DNA of 64,000 nucleotides from Eledone cirrhosa (GCA_964016885.1 OZ024740.1:87854001-87918000), one strand, 5' to 3'. Positions 12,979-27,983 are shown, counted from the first letter of the stretch. Notes: a model not told the origin generated them from the letters alone. A program made the numbers and translations.

Positions 12979-13593
12979 ACCACATATATATATATATATA
13001 TTCTTACTTTTAGCTTTGTGTAATTACGTACATTGAATATGCACAGAATAAAGGACTCAATACTGTTTCTGAAGTCAAAATAACGTTATGGTGACTGTTT
13101 ACTTTAAATTATCGCTGATAATAGGTTTACATTATATTGTTTGCATCGGCAAAACTAACAGACATACACACACATATAAGACCAACACGGAAAAGAAGCG
13201 AAGACAAACATGGAGGACAACCTATATATACATTTTTGCGATTCTGTCACAACATGTAAAGAGAGTGTAGTTTGACTACCTCGTACTATACCTGTCTCTC
13301 TACGTCTGCTGCCTGCGTGAATGTATGTGTGTGTTAAAAGAAGGAAGGGGATGATGAAAAAACTACTCTGTGTGTGAGTGTATGTGTACGTGTGTGTAAA
13401 AGTATGTGCGTGTTTTTGTGTGAATGTATGTGTGTGTTTGTGTGAATATATATGTGTGTGTTTGTGTGTATCTCTCGTAGCATATAAGTATATGAGTGAA
13501 TCAGTGTCTAATATGGTTATTTAGTGTACATGTTTATATAAGTGTGTGTTTAGTTTGTAGTTTGTATACATGAGTGGCGCACACACAAACCAA

Positions 13594-13706
<113 letters not shown>

Positions 13707-13719
13707 CTCCAAAGATTCT

Positions 13720-14420
13720 AACATAAAATGCCCATTACGAATATCTTTTCGAATGTAGATCAAGGCGTTGAATTCTGGAGCGTGGCCGAATTTATAAAAA
13801 ACTTTGATTTTTCTTCTTTTTTCTCTCTCTACCCAGGAGAGATGCAAAATGAAACCACCTTCAGTGGCAACCGAAGGAGGAAAGAGATAGGGAGCTCAAG
13901 TATCGTTTACGGCACGGTTTTAGTTGTCGCATGATGTTGCTGTCAGTAGTCTTATTTTTATGAACTTCTTTGTTGCGATATATTGATTCGTTTTCGGTGC
14001 AACATTTCTTGTTCATCCCATAACATTTTGACATAACATATCCTTTTAGAATGTAGATGATCCTGATGAATTCTCCGATGTTCTAGAATTCATTACTATA
14101 TTAAAGAATAATAAGTTCACATACACCTTTGTGTTGATAGGATGCTGCTCCAATTGTTTATTGGAATTTTTTCCGTGAGTCTTTCTTCGGGTGGCGATCT
14201 TGAAATCACCGATGAAGAGTTTGTGGTCTATCTAATACCTATCTTAATGATGAGAACATCTTCTTGTCCCGTTATTGAGTGATCGTGTGGTCAAGTACGT
14301 ATCCATACTTTGGGTGCCGCTTCATCAACGTAATTTTGAAGTTGGAGTTGGTGTTAACCCAATAAAAATTTACTTCCTTCTACACAATCCAAGGCATTTT
14401 ATAACTGTGGAAGCCCATCT
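13720..14420 (-). mobile_element. Old RTE-like LINE relic (end of APE domain and linker)
   Basis: Frameshifted fragments LGLC.., RHPKYG..LDHTI..RDKK, DHKLFIGDFKI resemble the APE C-terminus of the RTE at 36382-37200. Confidence 0.5.
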
Positions 14421-14479
14421 CCTTTTCAGGCCTGAAAACAGCATATTTCTTCCAAAGAAGGAAAATGAGATATAGAGAT

Positions 14480-14565
<86 letters not shown>

Positions 14566-15184
14566 ATATATATAGAGGACGAATCGACCTCAATACTAGA
14601 CTGGTACTTATTGACCTCGAAAAGAAGAAAGGCAGAATTAATCTCGGCGAGATTTGAACTCAGAGAGCAGAAGCCGAAACGAATATCGCAGAGCACTATA
14701 TCAGATATTCGTACGACTCTTCCAATCTGACACCTCTCATATTGGATATGAAGGGCTGTTACACTATTACAATAAACCAGCGGATGGCCCGGAGGTTGCA
14801 ATACAAATAACAGACAACGATATAGGCATGTTCACATAAGCTAGAAAATCCCTCACACGATAATATGATGCATGCATACATATATACACACATATATACA
14901 TATATACACACATATATACATATATACACACATGTATAGACACAGAAACATATGCACGTGTACACATATAACTCAAAACATGCAGATTCACACATACAAT
15001 AAAATACATACCTGTAAACAAACATACACGCACATGGACACACACACACACACACACGTACACACATGCACGTACACACACAAGCCACACACACTGAAAT
15101 AGTCTTGTGTCTAAGTTAGAAAGCGGCTCTCTCTCTATTGGTGAACATTTATAACATCATAAAACCAGAACTTATATACACATA

Positions 15185-15249
<65 letters not shown>

Positions 15250-15291
15250 GTGTGTTTGTGTGTGTGTGTTTATATATATATGTATATGAAA

Positions 15292-15339
<48 letters not shown>

Positions 15340-16886
15340 CATATATATATATATATATATATATAAATACACACATACACACACACATATATATATATAT
15401 ATAAATACACACACACACACACAGATATATACATATAGACTTTCATACACACCCACCCAACACACACACACACACACACACACACATGCATATATATTAC
15501 TATTACTCACTCCTCGATCTCTGATTGAAAATACAAATCACGATGTCAATTTACAGTTTGTTATGTAAAGTGTGTGTATGCATATATTCAATGTTGCATC
15601 ATTGTTGATTACATATGTTTCTGATGGCAGGAGCGTGCTTATCACTGCATTCCTACCTCTGTCATCATCACCCCTTTCTTATACGCATGCCTAAAATGGT
15701 AATATTGTCTTCAGCAGCAACAGCAGCAGCAGTTGTATACTGCAGACTCTAGGTATATCATCATATTTAACTATTTTACAGTGGCACTTTAAAAGTCTTC
15801 TTGTTTCTATAATCACGCTATTACGAAGCAAGTAGTAACATATGACAGGAATTTTTAAAACCACAAGAAGAAAATAAACGTTGATGTTTTTCTACTGTTT
15901 AGTTAAGAAGGGAAGAGTAGTCCCCACGATCCTTTTCAGGGTAACAGAGACTGGTGAGAAGGAAGTGGGGAAGGTATCCTTAAACCGGATACCTGGTCCG
16001 AATACTTGCCACAGAAATCCAAAGTTGAAGTGATAGTGTTAAACTGGACGATGAATTAAGTCTACCGCAGTGAGTATTGAACTAAAAATACAGAGATTTC
16101 ATTAATTCATCAATTTGGACTTGTAAATTATTTTATTGACTCTGGAAAATGAAAAGCAAAGTTGATCTCCTCAGGATTCGTATTCAGAGTACAGTGCCGA
16201 AATAAATATCACAAGTTATTCTGTCATACACTCCTGCGACACCGCCAATCGGCGAATGCGGTGATGTAATAATTCTTAATTATCATCAGTCTTTATTATT
16301 CTCTTTGTACTTTATCTTTCTCAACTCTACTCATCCACCACCTTTGTAGTAAATAATAAAGAATACAATAATAAAGATAAAATGCAAGGGGTGCTCAGCC
16401 TCCTCTGCTGACGACACCGTGGTGGGGACCCCTACCAACTTTAGCACCGGTAAATCTACCACAAGCAACACCAACGCCCAAATCAATGTTGACCACTTAG
16501 GGGGAAGACAAGGAAAGCTCTCCCATTTACCCTCCCCCTCAAAATACACACTTTGACACAACCACAGACACAGGCACAAACACACTTACAGACACATACA
16601 CCTCGTTTTTCAGTAGCAAAACGAGGCAAAACCAAAAGCAAAAAAACAAAACAAAAAAAAAAACAAGAGAGGAAGCACAAAACAATTTTCCACACATCAC
16701 ACCCACACCCACAACAGATAATGCAGACACATCATAAGCACAAAACACAAACACTTCCACAACACGTTGAATGGATTTGCCCGTAAAATCTGTTCAGCGA
16801 TTCTTTACTCTCAAACATTCTCAAATGGCTGTGAATTGCTTCGAATGAAAGACCAATCTGTCCTCACCCAAGATTTGAATTATTTT

Positions 16887-17603
16887 ATGTTCAAATTCGC
16901 CGAGGTCAACTTTGTCTTCTATCGATTGGGAGTCGATAAAATAAAGCATCAGTCAAGCAGTGGGGTCAATGAAATCGACATTGACTTCTAATCTGACGTG
17001 GATTGGCAGTATCGGTAGAGGGGTCTTACGCCATACTTTGCAGCAAAGAGTTACGGCCCTTTATGGTCTGAGTTAAAATCCGAGGTTAACTTTGCCTTTC
17101 ATCCTTATGGGGTCGATAAAATAAAGTACCAATAATATACTGGGATAATTGCTGGCCTTGTGCCAACAGTAGAAACAATTATTACTGTGGATTGGCAGCA
17201 TCGGCAGAGCGTCAGACACCATGCTTTGCAGCATAGAGTTACGGCCCTTTATCGTTTGAGTTCAAATCCCGCCAAAGTTAACTATGCCTTTCATCCTTAC
17301 GGGGTCAATAAAATAAAGCACCAGTAATGTACTCGGATAATTGCTGGCCTTGTGCCAAAAGTAAAAACAATTATTATTATTATTGTCAACTTTAGGGCGG
17401 TGGATTGGCAGAATCGGAAATTAAGCTTTGCAGCATGTAATTACGTCCTTTAAAGTTCTGAGTTTAAATCCCATCGAGTTAGCTTTACCTTTCATCATTA
17501 CGGGGTCGATAAAATAAAGTACCAGTCACGAACTGAGGCCGATTTAATCGACTTTCTCCACCCCCAAATTGTTTGTCTTGTGCCTAGACCAGAAACCATT
17601 ATT
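16887..17603 (+). mobile_element. Tandem array of tRNA-derived SINEs (one partial + three units starting ~16999, 17188, 17395)
   Basis: A box TGGCAGTATCGG, B box GAGTTCAAATCCC, core tttgcctttcatccttacggggtcgataaaataaagtacc, ATT-rich tails. Confidence 0.85.
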
Positions 17604-18394
17604 GTCAACTTTGCATTATACTTCTGTGTTGGATATGTCAATACAATATGTATGTGAAAATGTATGTGAAGTACTGTTTCGTTATAATCAACTATACCTC
17701 ACTCCACTTATGTCTCTAATTTAAGAAATTGTTATTTTTCTTAAGCTATGTTTTTAATGTTATATTTCACTGCACCAGTAAGTACAGATTTGTATGTCTT
17801 TAGGTAGCTGTAGTGCTTTGTTTTCGTTTCTTTCGTATTGAAGGTACTCGACCTAATATGTGTGTGTGGAACAATGTGTTACATTGTGCCACATTGTGCA
17901 TATCTAAAAATTCAAAGGTTTTGGTTATATAGTTGTATGTACACTTTTTAATAATTCCAAAGGAACCTGTTAATATAAGTGTTGTATCTGCTGTCGAATT
18001 CCTTGTTATTTCTATTTTCATTTCAAGATATTTGGCATTTGGATACATTTTGCAATTGTTTATTTATTGATATACATTATCGTCTGTTAAAGCTGATGCA
18101 TGGATTAAGAGGTATTTTATTTACTGGCAGTCTTTGACAATAATATCCAGTCGATTATCCTTGTACTTTCTGTCATTGTATATTGACGCAAAACAAAGTA
18201 TAGTTGCATTGTCATTCTCCGAGGAGCTTTCTGGTATATACCCACACCACCTCTTTTCTGTTCGTATTTTATAAAACTGACATAACCTCAAGTGTATTTA
18301 ACTCCCTACTCTATTATATCTGTAGTTTGTACATTTAGTTTTACTGTTTCATATGTTTATTTTAGATATATATATATGTCAATCAATTTGTAGT

Positions 18395-18474
<80 letters not shown>

Positions 18475-18929
18475 AGTAGAAATTGATTGACATATATATA
18501 TCTAAAATAAACATATGAAACAATCACGGGGAAGAATTTGTAAAAGTGTGTAAGCACACATAGCTAGGTAGGTAACTAATTAATGTTTAACTTGAACTTT
18601 AAAAATAGATACCTTATGAATTGATTAATCTTCCTTGTATATATTTCATTAAAGAAATATATTTCACCATCAATCGATCGGTAAACGCCGGATTTTCAAC
18701 AAGCGAGAAGATTTAACTATCTGTGTTTACACAGCAAATTCAAATCTGCGAATGACTAGCAGCACGTGTTGTATTTTTTTAAAATACACACATCGTACCA
18801 GCTTTACCCCAGTGGCGTGAATAGGGTTATCGACAACTAGAAATAGCAGCCGAGTCCTTTCAACCGAGTTAGCTCTACAATTAAGGGGCCGTATATATAT
18901 CCAAAATATATATCTGTACGTATATGTGT

Positions 18930-19016
18930 GTATGTTTGTGTGTGCCCGATGTTGTATATTGAATAATATACGAGATGTCCATGTCAATAAACATCCTTGT
19001 GGTCTTACTAAGTATG

Positions 19017-19067
<51 letters not shown>

Positions 19068-19138
19068 ATACTTAGTAAGACTACAAGGATGTTTATTGAC
19101 ATGGACATCTCGTATATTATTCAATATACAACATCGGG

Positions 19139-19148
<10 letters not shown>
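18930..19148. repeat. ~90 bp inverted repeat around (TA)n; third copy at 22640-22745
   Basis: gtgcccgatg...ggtcttactaagtatgtatgtg-(TA)n-cacatacatacttagtaagac...catcgggcac. Confidence 0.93.
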
Positions 19149-19213
<65 letters not shown>

Positions 19214-19229
19214 TAAAATAACAGATTAA

Positions 19230-19280
19230 AGTTTAAGCAAAGAATCGCTGCTTTCACCATTAACGGGATCTTCTGAAACT
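19230..19280 (-). ncRNA. Hammerhead-like motif with CAGAAGA core (family B), PLE2 3' pLTR
   Basis: agttt-CAGAAGA-tccc(gttaa)tggt-GAAA-gca(gcgattctt)tgc-TT|aaact. Confidence 0.55.
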
Positions 19281-20224
19281 AACAAAGTCAATCTGTAAAC
19301 GCAGAAGTGGATATTTCAAAAACGTTGCAACCGGAGGAAGACAGGAAGACGATACTTTGGTTCGTGAAAAACGTTCCCTGGCAAAGAACGGGAAAAAACG
19401 AATATAATACGTCATTAATAGGACCGGAGAAAAACAATTATGCGCAAAGACAGAACCACGTTTATGGTATAAAAGAAGTCGTAGACTAATGCTCTCTTAG
19501 GTGGTTCATAGAGACGTTCACTGGCAATGAGCGGAAAAAACGAAGATAATACGTCATATGTGGAGCGTGGAGAACAATTGCACGCAAAGACAAAACCACG
19601 TAAATGGTATAGCTGAAGTCTTAGACTAAAATTCTAACTAGGAAACCGAATGAATCTCCGCTACAGAGTTAAGAATAAAGTAAATAAAATACAATACCGA
19701 GGTAATAGAAATTAAATAAATACATACACGCATGCAAATACGTACATACACAAGCATACGCGAAAACACTTGCCATAGGTATACAAAACCACGCACATAT
19801 AAATATGTGTGTGTGTGTGTGTGCGTGTATACAAATAAATAAATAATTAAATAAACGTATAAAAATAAATAAATACGTATATAGCAAGCGCACACACATA
19901 CCTACATGTAAATACACAAATGTTCGGAGACGTAAGTCAACCAAAACATGAAGTACACATATACACACACCCTACATACGTACGAACCTGCATACTCACA
20001 CAGACGCAAAAATCCCGTATACACATAACCAAACCATATGTACCAGAATATATAAAAAATTATACGCCATAACATATACAATCAAATATACGTACGAGAA
20101 AGTATACGTACCTTCACAAAACATACAGGTAATATATACTTACCTATGCAAATAAGTAATGGTATAAACAAAACATATACTTAGCTATCACATCAAGACG
20201 TAAAATATCCACGTATAGATCGTA

Positions 20225-22299
20225 CTATCCGTTAGGGTAGAACGTGGGGCTGTAATACAGGAAAGTTTTGTGCAATTTATGTTTACAAGCCGAAATTGCC
20301 TCAGATATTTTGTTTAAGATGTGGTCTGTGGCGTAGAGTATTTCCAGGGCCTCAGCGGCGCAGAGGTCACATGGTAACTTATATTGGGTGTGGTTGTCTT
20401 TTAGACTCCAGATATAAGCTGAAAGTGACGTCATATTCCTTCTTAGAGGGTAACGAAAAGGGTATGCATGTAAAGACGATGCTTGAATCTATTGGCGGTT
20501 AACACTATGTAGGCCCTACGAGACGTGGGTGTTTCAACCTTACATTTGTAGACAATCTTACTAGAGAGGCATTTCCCGGATAGGGGCAATCAACCCGATT
20601 CCTACAATTACAGTTAGTACTAACTACAGGGTTGCACGTGTTCGTACGGCTAAGTAGTTTAGCTAAATTTGAAGCTGTGATGTTATGTGCAAGGTTAGGA
20701 GTCGTAGAGTAAGAAATTTTAATAGTATTTCTATTAAAAATTTTACTATATTTATGTGTAGGGGGAAAATGCTTCGTAATAAGGGAAAGAAAGATCTTAG
20801 CTAATGGTGTGGCCACCTCCATATTATATGGTGGGTTATACCAACAAATGCGACGGGATCTATTTCTTCTAGGTCTATTTTCGTACTCTGTATATGCTAC
20901 CTTATCGACAAATCCACTCCAAGCAAGAGCTTCCTTGTAATAAGTGGAATGGTCGTTGAAAACATGCTCGTTAGTAGATAGACGGGAAAGCCCCAACGAA
21001 ATGTTTCTTACCGGGTTCTTGGTTATGCTGGCAGGATGGTTGGAATGCTTACTTATGTAATTAAGCGTATCATTCGGCTTTCTATACGGGTAATACAACC
21101 CATTCGATAAATTGAGGGTAACGTCGAGGTAATTAACGACCGAGAGATTGGCCTCAACCTGTATAGAGAGGTTGAAACCTTTAAAGAAGGCTGTGAGTTC
21201 TTTTCTGAACCTGTCGCAAGCACGAGGTCCGCACTTAGTCATGGTCAAAAGACCATCATTACGGTACAAACCACCGCCCGTGTTGGGGAATTCGTCTTTG
21301 ATAGAGAAAAGAAGGAAAAGGCCGATAAGATCAGTAACCTCCGCTGAATCGCTGGCGCCCATACTCACGTCGAATGGGGTACTATTGGATTTTTTAATCC
21401 AAATAGAGTCGTCGAAATTAATCACCGATTTACGGGCATTGAGGATGACATCAACTTCGAAATCCTTAACCACGGTGAGTGTTTTAGCGAAATTGATAGC
21501 TCTAAGGAGAAGTGGTAAAGTGATGGAGGAGTAGTAATTGTTGATGTCGAATTGGATAAAACGGCAATGTTCTTTGTTGCATATGCCGTTGAACCAATCA
21601 ATCACCGCGAAAGAATTGTTCCACAGTTCAAGAGGGGCCAAACTTCTAATTTCTGGTATAATTCTATCAAGAATCCTTTTACTAAGTCTACCTAAATCGG
21701 ACTTCGTAGGGTTAATAAGCCGAATTGGGGTTGTTCGGAAAATTGGATTCGTGATCCTTCAGGGTAAAGTGGGGAGAAATAGGGTCCAGAGGTTCGGTCC
21801 GGTCCAGGATGTTGAGATCAGAGGTGATTTTAAACCCAGCATCGTTGATTTCATTGATGACGCACCGATTAGTTTTACGGTAATCCTTAGTTACAACATT
21901 ATGTAGTAGTTGATGGTAAGTACTGCGCTCCACTTGATATAGGTTGCCAGTTTTGACGGAATGGACGTGCACGGCATTAGAATCCTTAATATAACGAATT
22001 CTATTCTTCAGGTCCTGCTGGAAGGAATTGCTCCTATTCCGAAATTTGATACTCCGTATGAGTTCCAAGACATCATTTTCGAAGTGTAGCAATGCTGGGT
22101 TACACGGGGGGTTATTGTAGGTTTTAAACCCAAATTTATTCTGTTTGTTGTCTGCTTTTCCCTGATTATCGAAATAAAAGACACGCCAACGCAACCTTTT
22201 AATGAACGAGTCTGTTTTCTGTATCAGGAGTTTTAGGTATGTTTTCCTGCTTGGTACGGGCATGTTCTTTGTAGAAATATTCAGATGTTGTTTCTGCAT
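20225..22299 (-). pseudogene. PLE2 RT + GIY-YIG, frameshifted
   Basis: MQKQHLNISTKNMPVP, FDINNYY, SMGASDS, catalytic YRDD changed to YRND, WYNPP, CNCRNRVDCP, TSLSAYIWSLKD, CDLC..E, ACKH; split over three ORFs. Confidence 0.9.
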
Positions 22300-22456
22300 G
22301 ATGAATATAAGTCAATAGAGTGCTCAATCGAGGGAGCCAAATAGTAATAATAATAAATTTGAAGACTAAAATCCAAAGAGGGCTCGATAAGGATAAATAT
22401 ATATCAAATATATAAGAACCGTAGAGCAAATATTTCGTTTACAGATTGACTTTGTT

Positions 22457-22507
22457 AGTTTCAGAAGATCCCGTTGAGGGTGAAAGCAGCGATTCTTTGC
22501 TTAAACT
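22457..22507 (+). ncRNA. Hammerhead-like motif family B in inverted PLE2 pLTR
   Basis: agttt CAGAAGA tccc gttga gggt GAAA gcagcgattctttgc TT|aaact. Confidence 0.6.
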
Positions 22508-23010
22508 TTAATCTGTTATCTTAATAAATATTTGCTCTACGGTTCTTATACATTTGATATATATTTATCCTTATCGAGCCCTCTTTGAATTTTAGTCTTA
22601 AAATTTATTATTATTACTATATATATATATATATACATAGATACATAGTAAGACCACAAGGATGTTTATTGACATGGACATCTCGTATATTATTCAATAT
22701 TCAAATTCGGGCACACACAAACATACACACATATACGTAAAGATATACGTACACACACATTCAAATGCATACATATATATGTATGTGTGTATGTATAAAT
22801 AAATAAATAAATATGAATATATGTAGATAAATCTACCAAGAGTTTACGGTAGTGTCCAATCCGTATGAAGAACTCAATGTAATCCGGATATCATGGAAAG
22901 AAGAGATGCAATGAAAAATCACTTTCGGTGAAAGATAAACGGAAAACAGAGTCAAGATAAAATATATTTTAAATATGAATATATATATTTGTGAGTATAT
23001 ATATATGTGA

Positions 23011-23078
<68 letters not shown>

Positions 23079-23105
23079 TCATTTTATTAAGGCTAAATCG
23101 TGAGT

Positions 23106-23160
23106 ATTGTTAGTTACTCGGGAGTTTCACCTGTTTATCACAAGCTCATCAGACAACAAT
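23106..23160 (-). ncRNA. Canonical type I hammerhead (family H)
   Basis: attgttgt-CTGATGA-gcttg(tgataaa)caggt-GAAA-ctc(cc)gag-TA|ac(t)aacaat; partial inverted copy ttgtCTGATGA at 23163-23173. Confidence 0.75.
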
Positions 23161-23237
23161 TCTTGTCTGATGATTCTAGAGTAACTCTACTGCGGTATCA
23201 AGTACTCTTATCTATCAGCCGTCAACCACATACAGAA

Positions 23238-23270
<33 letters not shown>

Positions 23271-23287
23271 TATATGTATATGTACTG

Positions 23288-24168
<881 letters not shown>

Positions 24169-24201
24169 TATATTTATATACATATATATATATATGTTTA
24201 T

Positions 24202-24557
24202 ATAGGAAAAAGTATGACCCCAACGTCGAAATGGCTTGAGCTCTGCCGTCGGGGTCATACTTTATCCTATTTCCCACTCTACTACCCTAAGTATTGAGTA
24301 CTCTGGTGCGTTATGGTCCATCTGGTTCCTTACCACAACTCGTTTGTTATGTGTATATATATATATATATATATAAATATAACGAAGGAAATTTGGTAAG
24401 GAACCAGATGGACCATAACACACCAAAGTACTCAATACTTAGGGTAGTAGAGTGGGTAATAGGAACGAGTAGGACACCGACGGCTGAGCTCAAGCCGTTT
24501 CGACGGCTAATTCTGGACTATTAGCCGTCGAAACGGCTTGAGCTCAGCCGTTCCTAT
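24202..24557. mobile_element. Two adjacent short two-ended PLE1-family pLTR insertions (24202-24350, 24379-24557)
   Basis: Sequence matches PLE1 pLTR; each has an internal inversion and ends ..ttcctat / ..gttat abutting TA. Confidence 0.85.
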
Positions 24558-24579
24558 ATATAAATATATATATATGTAT

Positions 24580-24642
<63 letters not shown>

Positions 24643-24643
24643 T

Positions 24644-25422
24644 ATAAGCAAAAGGGATATTTAATTTGTTGGTAATTCAACAAATATATATGTTTATAAC
24701 TGATACGAAGCATCGATAGGTTTTCTGGAGTATAATATCAATGATATTAAATAAATGGAATCTATATTTATAAAACCATATTTATTCTATTATATATATT
24801 TCAAGGGTACCAAAACTTTGGTTTATTTCTATAAAATCATAAATAATACTTATACTTGCACAAGTATAAGATATAGATATTTATATACTTACAACCTGTT
24901 GCAATGTAATAAGATAAAATGTACTTACAACCATAATTCTTAATATAATCAAATTGATTATATATATAATATTATAACTCATAATATAGCTAAATAATTT
25001 TTTAAATTCTGGAATCATACTCTACCATTCCTACAAACTGTTAATTCTTTTTAAATTCAAGTTAAATACAAGCTTTTCTTTCTTTTTTTTTCTTCTTCCT
25101 ACACATACATATATATATCCTAATAATTATTTAAATCTACATAGCGTCTAAAAATAACGTTTTTTCAGCCCTATACCTCAACCTCATTTGCATATTCATC
25201 TTAATAATTTCAAATATTTGACTTTTTCTTCTGTTTCCCTTCTTTCCTTTTACTACCCAGGAAAAACTTGAATCGTTAAGATCTTCTTCCTGGTTATGTC
25301 AATATTTATAAAACAAACTTTGTATTTTATCTGATTAGAGCGTACCAAATTTTGGTACCCTTGAAATATATATAATAGAATAAATATGGTTTTATAAATT
25401 TAGTTTCCATTTATTTAATATC

Positions 25423-25425
<3 letters not shown>
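24644..25425. mobile_element. Two-ended non-coding insertion, family E
   Basis: 24738-24832 inverted relative to 25343-25425; second copy at 55261-55503; hammerhead at 25323-25382 (G8 mutated). Confidence 0.7.
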
Positions 25426-25453
<28 letters not shown>

Positions 25454-25487
25454 TATATATATATCCGTATATATATATTCATATATT

Positions 25488-25629
25488 CGAACTCTCGGAT
25501 CTAGTTGTCGAAACGGCTGGAGCTCAGCCGTCGGGTCCTGACTCTTTTCCTATTACCCACTCTACTAACATAAGTATCGAGTACTCTGGTGTGTTATGAT
25601 CCACCTGGTTTCTTACCACACTTTCTTTG

Positions 25630-25633
<4 letters not shown>
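25488..25633 (+). mobile_element. PLE1-family pLTR fragment
   Basis: gtcgaaacggctggagctcagccgtcggg...ttcctattacccactctact...accacactttctttgtta. Confidence 0.8.
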
Positions 25634-25694
<61 letters not shown>

Positions 25695-25959
25695 CAGCCC
25701 CCCCCCCCCCCGACGCATATGTACAATTATACATATATATATACACACCACAAGTAGCAGAAGATGCATTCAGCTTCGAGAAAACCGAAAACATGGAGCT
25801 TTCAAATGAATAAATACGCCATTATGATTTGTGGAGTTGAACAGACAATAATTTGTCACTTTCGTCGTCTGAAATGTGGTGAACCAATGATTGGACCGCT
25901 GGAAAGCTGTAAACGCAAAACGCTATTGTTCATATGAAATATGAATATAATATAATATA

Positions 25960-26007
<48 letters not shown>

Positions 26008-26211
26008 GTAACGATTTTGTTATGTTGTCACAATGGCGATGTACGCGGAGGTGATGCGGGAAGCAAAAACAGCAAATCAACAAATACAGAAAACAAAGAC
26101 AAAAAAACAAACAAACAAGAGTAATAGTAATAATGATAATAGTGATTTTGCTTTAGAAAATCTCTTTTAGATGCGAATTGTTCTCGTGTATGTGTCCACT
26201 TCTATGCATAT

Positions 26212-26257
<46 letters not shown>

Positions 26258-26362
26258 ATATATATATGTGTGTATATATATATATATGTATATATACATA
26301 TATATATATGTATATATATATATATGTATATATATCTATATCTATATATATATATATGTATG

Positions 26363-26437
<75 letters not shown>

Positions 26438-26756
26438 CTGTGTGCGTGCGTGTGCGCGTGCGCGCGCGCGTGTGTATGTACATATATATATGAGTGTGTA
26501 GCTATAATTACGTGCGTGTATGTGTCGTAATTATACACATAGACATACCATAATGGGTGACTTTTAGCTTTGTTAATCCATTAACTGTCAACTTATTAAA
26601 AGAGGTTGTAGTTTTAATAATAATGATAATAATATTTTGTTGTCTGAAAAAGTTAAAGGTTATGCAGCTAAGTAGCGATTTGTTTGTCTTAAGACACCAC
26701 ACGCCTTGTTTTGAATAATGGATGGTGCATTTGTCTTCATAGTCTGCGAGTCGCCA

Positions 26757-26815
<59 letters not shown>

Positions 26816-26890
26816 GATATATATTTTTCTATCTATCTATATATGCATATATGCATACAAACACACGCGCACTTACACTCACCTACTCAG

Positions 26891-26937
<47 letters not shown>

Positions 26938-27796
26938 TATATATATATTCACACACACATATATATATATATATTATATGTATCTATCAAGATAAACATA
27001 TACTTTTCTAACTGCCTGGCAATCTAAATGTCTCTCCAAAGTCGACAACTTACAATGACCAGAATGACAGTGTGATTGGTATGGAGAGCTAGCTAGATAT
27101 ATAGATAGACAGATAGATAGACAGAAAGCTAGATAGATAGATAGATAGATAGATAGAGGGAGAGACAGAGAATGAAGGGAGAAAGAGAGAATAAGAATGG
27201 AAGAAGTTAAACTGAGTTGGGTAGGTGGCTGGCTTGTTGGTTGCTTAGTTAAAACTTCATTCATATAGAGATAGATAGAGAGTAAGTGTTTGAGAGTGAA
27301 CGTGTAAACAAGAAAATATATAAATACAGAGATAAACAGAGAGAAATAAAGATAAGGAACGAGAGAGTGAGAGAGAGAAGGGAGAGAAAAGAAAGACAGA
27401 CAGTGTGTGTGTATATTATATGTATGTGTGTGTGTGTGTGTGTGTGCGTGTGTGTGTATGGGACACTTGAGCTGACAAACACTCCTATAATCTGGTAATG
27501 TATTTCACAGAGAACGATCTGAATGGAGCCTCTACTTTCCTTGATCAGCGATTATAATATAAATTTGACATTTCTTTCTGGTAGATGGATGTATGGCGGT
27601 TGATGTTTGGTGGGTGTTGGTATGGCTGTTTTGGTGCTGTACACAATGTCACTAGTTGGTCTCATCTGGCGATTTAACTGTTATCTGCGATGTACTTGCT
27701 CCACTTAAGGTGAGAGCTAAATTCGAATAAAGATCGCTGTAAACGCCCACTTGTGCGATTTATAATAATAATAATATTTATAATAACAATAATAAT

Positions 27797-27983
27797 AATT
27801 GTTTCTACGTTTAGCTCAAGGCCAGCAATTACCCAGTGCATTACTGGTACTTTATTTTATCGACCCCGTAAGAATGAAAGGAAAAAGTTAACCTCGGCGG
27901 GATTTGAACTCAGAATGGCAAGGGCCGTAACTCTATACGTCAAAGCATGGCGTCCGACCCTCTACCGATACTGCCAATCCAAT
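27797..27983 (-). mobile_element. tRNA-derived SINE
   Basis: Reverse complement of the 16999-type unit. Confidence 0.85.

Larger units (their letters stand above)
19210..22622 (-). mobile_element. Penelope-like element PLE2, full length but inactivated, inverted 5' pLTR, in (TA)n
   Basis: ORF pieces homologous to PLE1; 22433-22620 is an inverted pLTR matching 19210-19292 and 22340-22432; TA flanks. Confidence 0.9.

Noticed and set aside
16388-16435. HDV-like L3 sequence cagcctcctctgctg
   Set aside because: No room for P2, and P1/P3 pairings are mismatched
16999-17603. CRISPR-like or tRNA gene array
   Set aside because: Units are ~190 nt SINEs with no unique spacers and no cloverleaf; eukaryotic context
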